A program made the translations under genes and the position numbers. From assembly GCA_000934665.2 (NCBI GenBank), contig JYFJ02000239.1, forward strand, positions 1 through 64,000: a stretch of DNA of 64,000 bases, written 5' to 3'. The notes beneath the pieces are model-generated. The model saw only the letters and a program-made list of their open reading frames with translations. It was not told the DNA's origin and did no database searches. The stretch comes from Catajapyx aquilonaris. Taxonomy: Eukaryota. Positions 24,419-36,400 of the stretch are shown here, piece after piece; positions within the stretch are counted from its first letter, which is position 1; each line of letters starts with the position of its first letter.

Positions 24419-27400
24419 ATGAGTGGAGGAATCAAGGTCCTGGGGCATCCTTGTCGGCACAGCTTCTGTAAGTTGTGGTTTGTTGTCTGTTGTGCTTTTG
24501 CCCTGACCTCATAATTTTAGTGATATCTCAAGGTCGAGACCATATACGGCCTGATTGGCACATACCCATTATTACTGCTGTAAAAAAATTCTACATACAA
24601 AAGTGTGCAAATTCCTACTAAAAATTTGGATCTTCCTGGATTCCACACATGCTAACTCGTGACCGAAACAACATGCGTCATCAAAAATAAAAAAATCATG
24701 CGCCATGTAGGTAGGTGCGCCTTTTGTTTTCTCACATGACCCACTTACGATGTGTCAGGTGCGTACCCATGCACGGAAATCGAACAACCACAACCTGGGT
24801 GTGTGTGGATGTTTATTTTGGTTTGATCCAACCATGAGCGAGAGAGAGGTTCGACCTTGCGTGTCTTCTCATTTGAATCCAATTGGGAGCCTCCAAAAGC
24901 TTCCGTATTGAACCAACCAGCCAAAAAAAAGTGGAGGCCACATTTTTGTGCAATATTAGTTTTGTGATAATAGCTAATATTTTGTAAGTAACGACGCATT
25001 TGCTGGCAGTGTGTGACCCAGAATGTTCCAGGATGATAACCGGAAGCAGGTGGTATGCCGAACCAAAATAAAACCGTTTGACTGGCAGCGCGCGCCGCAA
25101 ATATTTTTTTCATTCTTATGAGCCAAAATGTATAAGCCCGGCCGTTTCTCCCAGGAAGGTAAACACTGGAGTACGTCGTCCATGTGACGAGGGTTTCCAT
25201 TGTCGCAGTGACGTCTGCGGTGACGTCGCTGCAAACGACGCAGTTGATCATCGATACGGGGGTGGATATTGTGCAACCACATGCCGGTTTCGCCATTCAA
25301 AACTCGAAAGGAAATTATTGAATGGGCATTTTTTTTTACAAGTCGTGACAATGGCGTACCGTTGCGAATTTTTATATTCATGCAAGGTTGCGTCACTGTT
25401 TTTTTACAAATATATTAATGGGTATTATTTGGCGGAGGTCACAAGGAACTTACGTGTTTGTCGTGTTGACTCATGAGATAGCTCCAACGGGTACGATCTA
25501 GTTGTTTGTTTACAGCAGGATTTTTCATTGAATAGTAAATAACTGATTAGCTACATTCACGTGAAAACCATTATTGTTTATTACGGTGGTCGATTGTCTA
25601 GGAAGTAATCATTCAATTTTGTACTTCCAGGAAAACCACAATAGATCCGTTTCCGTTTCATTCCATATAGATACGCATGCATTTGGATGACACCAGTACG
25701 TAACCGGCATTGTGCCAATCACGGTGCAATATGGGCGACGGAAATCCAGTTTTTTTTTTTAATGCGATAGATTTAGGACGAATCCGTTGCGACACGTTTC
25801 TGAACGTAAATGTCTACGTCAATGGGAGGTTGTCAACATTTGACAGCTTGAGAAGGTTCAAGAACGGGTCACCACTTGCGATGGAGAAAGTTACTTACGT
25901 AGGCTCGTTTTCTCGGGTAGAAACGATTCAAAAGCAGCTTGATAAATTTAGACCTTACAAGGTGCTGATTCATGGCTGGGTGCCGGTTACACGTTTTGGT
26001 GATAATTTTAAGTAGCTATTGCTATTTACGTCTGCATACGGCGTAGGTTGATAAAGAGTGCGAACGGATGGCAGAAGCAGGTAGTGCAGATTTAAAACAT
26101 GCTGAAATATTGAACCGGAGCTTGAATTCGCACGAATTTGCATTTTCACAGGATGGCACAGATTTCAAATCCGTATTACTCATCGACTGATCAGCCGGAC
26201 AATTGCGCAAAGTTTTACAATGATCTTAAAGCGGATTATGACAATTTCTGAGGAGGTTTTTTTGAAGGATGGATATATAGGAACCTGATGCTATAGATGT
26301 TACCAAGTGATTTGAACATTTGAAATATACTAGTATCATCCGGACATTAGATGAGAAAAACACGTTTTGCAATATCGTTGACCCTAATTTGACAACAAAT
26401 AACAAATAGAGCATCTAGTGTACTCAACAACATATTTTTCTTTCACCAACACCTGCACTATTGTACAAGTTTCTCATGAAAGTATAAGTTGGGCTTCTGC
26501 CACATCTGCAAACAAGTTTGTTGGTTAATTTCGTGGTAACTTGAAATGACAGCTGTATTTATCAAATTTCAAGGGCTTTTAACCCTTGAATTCGACGAAT
26601 TAGATACGCAATATCAGTGCGTCCCTTGTTTAGTAAACACTGTTCTTTTTATGTGTGTAGCCCCAGGGCCGCCCTTTGGAGTAGCCTCCGAGTGTAAGCA
26701 AACAAATGATCGGCGACACTTCCAAAACACCTGCGCACCTTGGCCATTTTTTGATTCGTCAACAACCCATCCATTGTGCCACAACATGTCTATCTCTCCA
26801 AGACACTAATGACCTTGTAAGCCATAGTCGACGCACTTTAGTATCCTGATAGCCCTAGTACGGTATCTAAAAGCGTGACCCGAATGCAAACAAGCCAGAG
26901 CATCCAGGTGAATTATTCATAAGCGAAAAGGTCGGATTTTTGCTGGCAAATCTACATCTGAGGCCTGGAATTGAAAAACCTCGAATGACGCACTAATGTG
27001 GGATGATACAAACCAGAGTCTTCTTTTTTTATGATTCTACGAAAGAGGACGATTCCCTCTCAAATTCCAGGTGCATGCCCTTCGAAAAACAGCCATGTTG
27101 GTCATGGTCGGAGGCAACTGTGTTGCTAAAAATCCACAAGAGTGGACGTGGTAACCTTGAGCGGGTGTTGCTCTCACAAGGCAGCTGACCTCAAGTCTTT
27201 TGCCCGGACCTATGGTCTGGCTGCTTGAAGGACGCAGGTCACCTCAGCAGAAGCCGGTTTTTAGGAGGGACTCTTTTATGGGGCGAAGGTGTGACCGGTT
27301 GTAGCTAGGCGAGTGAAAGGTACAAAACTGCACTTTTCTTGTGAAGATGTTCCCACTGTTATAGGGAGCAGTGAACTGCATCAATTAATATAACGAGAGC

Positions 27401-30400
27401 ATGTTTGTTTCATATTGGTTCCAACTGAATATGGAGATTTGTCACTTGATGCATTAATTCAACGCGAGGTTGCTGCAACTTCTCTTCGGGATGCAGTGTT
27501 TTTTGTACCACTTGCACCTATAGAATTGTAGGTCAATACAGCACTACGGATATGACCTTTTGACCTTTCCTCAACGTACACTTATCACAAACCATATCTA
27601 GCCCATATTTACTTCTATTTTAGGTACGTATAATTAGTTATACACCACACTGTACAGACTATACAGAGCCATTCATGCTTGTCATGATAACAATAATAAC
27701 AATAAAAAAATAATAAAAAAAATATTGTGGTTATAATATGTCAATAAGGAAGTTGACACGGTTCAGGGCATCTTCAATTAGGATATTTCCGGGCCATAAA
27801 ATTGTGATTTTTTTGAAAGTGCGTGAATTGAAGCCGAAAGGCGTAATGAGTTCTAGCGGAGTAAATATATTTGCAAATATACCACTCAATATTTTTATTA
27901 TTATTGACAATTCCAGAGGGATATCCGTAGATGGAACAGCTTGTGCTCACAGATAACTGGTGTCATACATAGAGGGTGCTGCATTCAAGTTTAGACACAT
28001 GCATGTGCTGCAAACGTTGCCAGAGAATAGTTAGTAGTCGAGCTGGAAGTGCAAGAAATATGGTATTCCAAAATTAGCATATAAAAATTTAATGCCCCAA
28101 TCAATCAAAAAGAACAATTCAGCAGGAAATTGTCCCACTCCTCATAAAATATCACCATCTCATAAAAGTCGCTGCATCCGTATGCTCATGCTTCTGCATT
28201 ACATACATCATGTGTTGTAATCCAACTGCCGACACATCTGCTACACAACACGACAATACTGATATGGACGATTGCTGCGTAATGTATTATGCATGATTTA
28301 CACTAGTATTACTGTAGTTACTCAATCGATATAGAAACGCAAAATAAGTCAAGACGTATGCAAGTTACGATTCGCCACGCAATCGCTGCACGTGTGCAAG
28401 TCGTTGCACTAAAATATTGCAATGTTTCATCATTGACGGGATGCATGTTAATGAGCCGTTATCTGGCGACATATATTTTCAGAACTGCACTTTAACCTCT
28501 CGTAGCAGTGCAGGTCCATTCATAGAATTTGCGCGCAATATAACCTATGATGTAACAAATTAGTGCGCCTAATACTCTGCCTTGATTAGAAGTAGATCCT
28601 GGTACTGACGTTCAATATCAATCAATGTAGCTAATATGTTCGTGCAGACATACACAATGTCTGCTGATTATAGGCAAGTACTTTGATAAATGTCAGGTGA
28701 GTGGCAATAATAATTGATGTGACGCGCATTGAGTTGATAAATGTGCATCAATCCGGTCAATCTAAAAAGACGATAATAACAACAATCCTATTAATACTAA
28801 TTAGAATTAAACTATATTGCTGATCTGTCCCAAGATGTCATAACTTAAGCCCGAATGAGTTACGTCCCATTCATTAGAAGTCTGCGAACCGCGTTAATGA
28901 AGCCACCCAGAAGAATACGAAACGCATGGTAAACCCCCATATTTTACTGTGGATCACACACTTAACGTCTAAAGGAATCAGGTCCATGTGTTTCAACAGA
29001 CCATTTGCGTGCGGTCAATTGACCATTCTCTTGTAGTCTCCCGTCGCGTTCGCCTTGTTTTTCTTGGTTATACTCTATCCACGCCCACACTTTATTTTTT
29101 CTTCTTCTCTTTGATGTGTATGTGTCGTGCGTGTGTGGAAATCCAGTTTAGGCTGAGGTTTATGGTAACTAGTGCCATTAATTGGGGTGTCTTGTCGCGG
29201 TTGGGAGGCGTAGGATGGAAACTGTTTTCGGGAGCCATTCCAGTCAATGAGGTGTTAAGGATGATGGTTGAAACAACTGCTAAGGTGTTTATTACCTGGC
29301 GCCTCGTTACTATAACCATTTTTTTAAAAAAGTTGTCTTTGCAAATTGGCTGCAGGTTCAGGCCATATTTTTGGCAGGCGTTACGTTGACCTCGGGCACT
29401 ATTTTTATTGCCGTGCCTCACCCATCGGCAAGTCGGAAATGACACCGTTCCTGTATATATTGCTTGCAAAAACTATTTTTATTGAAAGGCTCTTCACTCG
29501 TCGGGTTTGTTAAAAATGTTATTTTTTGGCAAAAGGAAATAGGACCTGAAAATAAACCTGGCAGTTAGAATTCGTATATTCGTGGTCAAACTATAGTTGT
29601 AGATAATATTTGTTTATTTAGAAGAACTATACATTGCAGAACATGACAATAACAGTGCTTAGTAGAGGAATGTTTTATTTTTACGATCACTGCATCACAG
29701 GACACAACCGCAAAAAAAGAAGGCAAACAACTGAGTGTTGATAAAGCCATCAGTACAATCAGGATTTCCTGCGATTTTTGTTGTGCAATATTTGGCCACA
29801 TTCTGTCTGATAATAACCGCACGTAGCTCCAATATTTACGCAGCGCGCTTAGCCTGATTGCATGACGTAATTTACACAGATTATTCGGAAACTATATAAA
29901 AAAAGGGCCTTCGTTGGTAAACATGGATTCAGCCTCCATATAAGGGGTGCATGGTATCGGCTCCTTTCGATTGATTTCCGCCCGACTTGGAGCCTAGAAT
30001 GCAAATCCGGGTCCCATATTTAGCTTCGAAGATCCTAGATCTTGGAGAGAGAGAGAAAAAAAAAGTGAGGGCATTCGTTGGGTCAATACCATGACAAAAG
30101 TAGAGCGTGAACTTCGCGGCTTTCTTGTGCATACGTGGCGCATGCGTTATGTACAATGTGATACAATACACTCAGATCAATCAGTTCAAAAACAATTTTT
30201 TACCAGCTAGGCCCATTCAGATATGGCCAAGTGCGTAGAATTGCGTGTGAGCAATAAATTGTGCCTCTGCCACGCGTTTAGTGGATAGGACAGGAGTAAA
30301 AATGGACTGTGGCTGGCAGACCAAAAATAACGAGGAGCTGGCATGTGGAAGAAGGTGACCCCTGTTAAACATTGTTCCTTGTCATCGACTCATCTCAAAA

Positions 30401-33400
30401 GTGTCACCTTTACTACAGCTTTTGAAGTTGGCGGTCGCGGTTCACTTGTGCACTGTCTGGATGACGTCAATCGGTATAATTCCTCGAACGGTTCATGAAC
30501 AGAAATAAAATGGTAAATCCTCTTTGCGGACGTGCCCACACCGCAATAGGGAGGTTCAAATATACCATTATTTCCTTTCATGAACAACTATGTTTAGATC
30601 AGTAGTGCCCGCTGGGTACAACCGAGTGGAAGTGACAAGTTACGAGTGTGCTTTTCTTTTTAACTGACGTTTTTTTGGGCCTCAGGGACCCCAGCGCGGT
30701 TCGGGAGCTGATAACTTTTCGCTTCGTGACCCTTAAAACTAGCTGCAAAAGTCTAGTGCAAGCTGACTATAAGTTAGCCGAAGTTGGGCAATTCGAGTCA
30801 CACCCACTTATTCCTTTGAGAGCAAGAACTATTGCATGATACAGCAGGACTAACCTATAGGCTACTCGAATCTTAACTATGTTCTAAATCCGGTGTAACA
30901 TTGCCTGTAATGTGTTTGTCAGTTGATAATAATGGTTAGATTTTTTAAAATTAAAAAAAGGTTATTTTGAAAATGTTAATGTATAAATATTTACCTGCGT
31001 ATTAATATTTCCTTAATGCAGTCGGGCATGACATGTGACAAGTTACATCAAAGTCGTGCATATTGTTCTATCATTTAATTGGGCTGTACACTCACGCAAT
31101 AGGCCACGTAACACCTCTATATATATGCCAACACGAATCCAAGCTTAATTGTGCAGATATCGAGTTACTAAGTCTACAGCAGCCACTCTTTCGGCGCTAG
31201 ACCCTCCGCAATTAGCAGCTTTTAACCAGCATTTCAGAGCCTGTTGCCGACCTTCACGGCTGTTGAGCCTGGCAACCTCTGGAGCAAAAATGGCGTCGAA
31301 GGACGCCGCTAATACGCCGCCGTCTCTTAATTCGCAAAATCCCTCAATAGGTGACCGATTTACTGCTCTTATCATCCCGAAATTGTTTTGTAAACACACA
31401 CAATCCCCATGTTGTTTACACCCTATATGGCCATGATGTTGATTTCATCATTTTTGTGTCTGTTGTTTTTTCCAGACCTGCCCGCCGGACCTGCGACCAG
31501 GATGCACTGCTCCTGCGTCAACTCGACCGCCAGCTACGAGCGACTTCCCAGTCCTGGAAGCTCGCTGGAGATACGTACCGTGTTGGAAATGGTCGAAAGA
31601 GGTGACTTCGAGGCCGAAAAGGAGGACGCCAGTAACGAGAAGGAGGTAAATTTAAGTACCAACCAATAACTAGAAAGCTTACAACTAAAAAGCTCCGCCC
31701 ATTTTTGATGACATAGGGCGGGGGTACCAGATGAAATATCGTATTGTACGGTATCCTGCACTGACTGTATTTTTGTCATTTTTTGTTACAGGTGGAGCTG
31801 ACCTTCTTCAACGATGACGGCAGCTTTAAGTTGGTTGTGGTGGAGCGTAACCTGTGTGCGAACGACCTCTGCCAATTGCTGGCTCTTAAGAACCACGTAG
31901 CCAAGGATGCAAATTGGACCATTGTGGAGTATTGGGTCGACTTGGGAATAGGTATATTAAATAATATTTAAAAAAAACTTGCCGACACTTGGTTCAAAAG
32001 AAAAGGAAATGCAGTTTGAGGAAAAAGACCCCATCACTCAGCTGCGCAGTTAGTTCCCTGTCATGTTTTTGCGAATGAAGTCTCGCCCACACTTTTTTTT
32101 TTTAAAACCCCCCTAGAAATGAACCTGGAGGCCACCTCTCCTTTTATCCTTCAGGTACTTGGGTCGGTCTACTTTTAGACGGCAGCCATAGCTAGTTTCC
32201 ATCAGAGTTTTACCACGAGAGGATTTTGAGGAGTTTAAGACCAGGTTTCGAATTTCCCACGCTGGCTAGTCTGCACCATTTTGGCAGGATATTTTGCACG
32301 GAAAGTGCGAACTTGGGTTGGGTTTGGCTTACGGCCAGTGCTATGAGGCGACTAATTGCAAACTTCGTGCTGTAGGAAGCAGCTGCTGTGAGTCACTTGC
32401 GTGGGAGGCACTATTCGATAATAGGTTCCCGAGAAATTACGTTACGTGGAATGCAAATGTCACATGGTTGTAATTGAAACCATGAATGTACTTGACAGAT
32501 TTCATATTAATATTTCACGCCTAAGTTTATAGGTAATTATTTCGATAGCGTCTATCACATTTAAATACGTTATAATGAGTATTCTGATTTTTAATATACA
32601 GTGGTTGAGTGATTGGAGTTTTTGTTGAATTGGAGCTGACAATGGATTTTCATTTGCAGAGAGAAACCTGGAGGATCATGAGGACGTCCTGGCGGTTCAT
32701 CACTTGTCGGAACAGCTGGGAAGACATTCGGAGAAGAGGTTCATTTTCCGGAAGGATTTCCGCAAATACGAGTTCTTTCGAAACCCGCAGGTACATTAAT
32801 CAGAGCTAGTAGCTTTGCCATTTGCATTCGGACTGCAGAGCCGGCCGATAAAAGTTAACGAATGGATTGAAAGGCCGTGCAGGTTCCGGTTGGCTGATAA
32901 GCTTTTTGCATGTATGAAGGTCCTAAGTACAGTGCATGAATGTGATCACGTACATGAGAGCACAGATATCGGATGACCTTTTAAAAATATATAAAAAATA
33001 ACCCTAACATACAAGATGGCATTTGTTTTTTGGCCGTTTCGTGCTGATGTAACCATGTCTCAGGGTTACTCACGCATAAACCACCTTTGAACTTTGCAGT
33101 ATCAGCTCGCCAAATTGTTTATTTGTTAACAACAAGGTTTTGCGGCCTATGAACCGTTCTCTGACGACAGACTTGCTTCTTTCAGCAATTTTTTCCGACC
33201 GACATGATGGATCTGAATGGCTACGAAGACATAACCACAACCGCGGAATCTTCCAGCCTGGGTCGCACCATCGCTCTTCAGACCCTGTTGACCACCACCG
33301 ACGACTGCCCTCCTGTCTTCGGCTACCTCTGGGTCCGAGAAAACAACAAGCAGGTGTGGAGGAAAGCTTTCTTCCTTCTGAAGGACAGAGCTCTCTACTA

Positions 33401-36400
33401 CTCCTACAAGGTAAGCCCCCACAAAAGTTGTTTATTCCATGCCTCTCAAAAAGAAGCAGCAGGTGGGTCACAGTGGGACATGTCTCATGAGAAAGAAAAA
33501 AGCGGTGACTCTTCTATGACATGGATGTCAAGAGTTAGTCACTCATGAAGGAAAATACTGAATCATCTTATTGCGTTTAATTGCATGTATTCATAGCACC
33601 TGCTTATATAATGGAGAAAGTTAACAGACCGGAAGCTCCACCACATTTCAACTGTGCACCGTAAGCGTCTTGTGTAACAGAGATCTGTTTAAGTCAGCAT
33701 ATCATTTCACAAGGCGTCCAAATCCTCTGGGAACACTCCCAGCTGTCAAGATTCAGATTCCTTAGAAAGGATTGTTTTTCCCTCAACTTTCGCAATCAGA
33801 TTTCCAATAAATTCCGAAGCGCTATTTTTCACACCGGGAGTCTCGCCAATTTGTGCTCAAGTGTCGATAAATCAATCAGAAAGTGCCAAGATGCAACGCC
33901 ATGCTGCAACAGCTGCAATAAGTGCATGGCAACAGCAAGGAGATCACGTGCCAGTTGCGAGGCCTTGCTGACCCCCATAAAGTTGGAGCCACGTGGCAGG
34001 AGCAGTGTCAAGGATCCAGTTTCTTTGTAATGTCGCCATATGACACCAACTACTTATATTTTTTTGTGCCATGAATTCTCCTTCCCATTGTCTGGTGGCA
34101 CGAGTCGGGTTCAATTACCCTAAACATTCTTCTTTATCTCGCATTGTAGGCATGATATTGAGTCTTTTAATGTGTTTGTGATGCGAGCGTTCACCAGTGT
34201 CGTACTTGTCGAGATGTTTTTTTTTTTTGGGGGGGGGGGGATGCTGTACAAGCTTGTTGTTTGTGGACACACCTCTGTTTCCTCATGTGAAGGGCTCGGG
34301 AGAAAAACATGTTATTAACCGCAAGTCGAGTTAACATGTTTTTCTCCCGAGTCCTTCACATTGTTACTAGATTGCAGTTTTTTTTTCTTCTCCACAACTG
34401 CTCCCTTATATGAAATCACGCCATTATTCCAGTACTGTAGTTCATTAGACATGACATGCAGTCATACAATGTTAAGCTCTTCCTTTCCCTTTTTTTTTTA
34501 GAAAGTATGTTCGATTTTTCTCGCACAGCGGTCGGCCTTTCTGCCATTTTGCGCCTCTAAAATCTTCCGTACTTGAGCACCAGTGCGGCTTGATAAATGG
34601 TGCTTTGCTGCTGCCGACATTTGAATGAAGCTGTGCAAAAGGTGCTTGTGAAATCCAGCGGCAGGGGATCAGAACTTTTTACCGGATTTCATCCAGGTCG
34701 GTGAAGATGAATGAGGCTGGCGTTCACTTCGGAGACTACTTCGGAATCAGGGCTGCTCAGCTTTTCCTCCATAATTTCGTACACGTTAATGAGCGTTTTA
34801 ATATCGTGGTCGTATTTACCTGTCTCGGGCGATGTTCCAGGTAATCTTGCCTTTCATTTTTCCCCCCTCTTTGCACTGTTGCAAGCGAGACCTTGACACG
34901 TCTTCCTTGTGCTGCAAGAAGGAAATGAATTACTATTCATGACGGCTCCTACAGCGAAATAGAGTTAAAATGAAAATTTCGTTATACCAGGACACTAATG
35001 GATGTATGTTGTATGCATGTAACTTTTTGTTTCAAAATGACTTGGCGTAATAGGCAAACTGTCCTCTTTTCTTAAAATAAGTGCCGTAGATTAGCAACTA
35101 GTTGATTATTTTACGATGCTATCTCCTTTTGCAAATTAGACAAGAAAATAATTAAGCCTTCTTGCATTTCGGCGTCATTATAACCATCAAAACAGGGTCC
35201 TACGCCAGAGAAATTCAATACCCTGCACAAACTAATCACTATCAGCAAACAAAACTCGAGCCAATTAATACCCCTACATTGTTTCAGCATCAAATCACGT
35301 CCATCAAAACATCCATCTCCAAAATGACTCCATAGTATATACAGTATCAAGCAGCGGCCCTGCACTTGAAATAATGCGCAGTGGCTTTTCACGTGCATCG
35401 TAATTGCATATTTACACAAATTCGTGCGACACGTGAAATAACGTGCGTTTAGTTTGAACTATCAGGTGTCCTTTTTCTCTAGCCAGCAGCGCAATTACTC
35501 TGTAAGTGACATACCAATTGAATCCGTAACTTCGGACAGTAACGAGCTCCTTTCATGTCCAACACTGTAAAATGAGATTGTCACGTCCGGGAAACTTTCT
35601 CAGAGTTTTACGTATTCTGGACATCTCGCTGAGAGCACACCTTCATGCAGGACAGTCAGGATTTCTTCGTTGGACAGTAGTTGAAAGGATGAAAGGAACC
35701 ATCAGATAGTGGAATTGTGTTTGAGGAAGACGGCTTTTGTTGTAAGCTTTTCTGTCAGGGGAAATCGATATGACTTTTTTCCCCTGTTCGTTTACGAGGG
35801 GAAAAAAAGCCCAAGGAGTTAAATTGGAACGTAGTGACATTACCACGACTTTTGTGGCCTCTGATTAAAGTTCTCGGAAGTGGACCGAAAAAAGTTAATA
35901 AAGGGCAGGCTCCGAACAAAGTAACTGTAAACAGGGATATTATAGGTTCTAAATTCCCTGTGGTCCAGTATAAAACCGGTAAAATGTCTGTGACGCTGTC
36001 AACTAAACTGCGATAAGCTTGACATATACTGATGAGCATGACAACATGACCATTGTTATTATTAACTCGGTAACGATCTGAAAGTATGACAATTCAGTGC
36101 TGTCAAGCCAATATTTGTACAACTGGCTGCAGTGTAAACCCCTGCTTGGATAGGCAAATTAACATCGTTTAATGTCACACAGTCTGTAGCAAAATGCAGG
36201 CACTTCATGTAGCATGGTAAGTGCGTTGAATGTTGTAGGAATACAGTGGTGTGCATATGCTCGTTTCATTATTGCTTCTCTGCATTACCGCGCACTGCAG
36301 AATCGATGCCACTGCAGGAACATTACGACAAACGCATGACATGAACCAAACTGTAGCATGAAGTGGGGATTTTTGAATCTTAATGCCTGAGATTGGAACA

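Noticed and set aside
27553..27566. TGACCT-TT-TGACCT DR2 nuclear-receptor-like site
   Set aside because: A single short motif; half-sites are common throughout and there is no supporting evidence.
16860..31200. Dozens of 60-180 aa ORFs in the Grb upstream/intronic region (e.g. 24745-25296)
   Set aside because: Random-like composition with no domains or splice chains; expected by chance.
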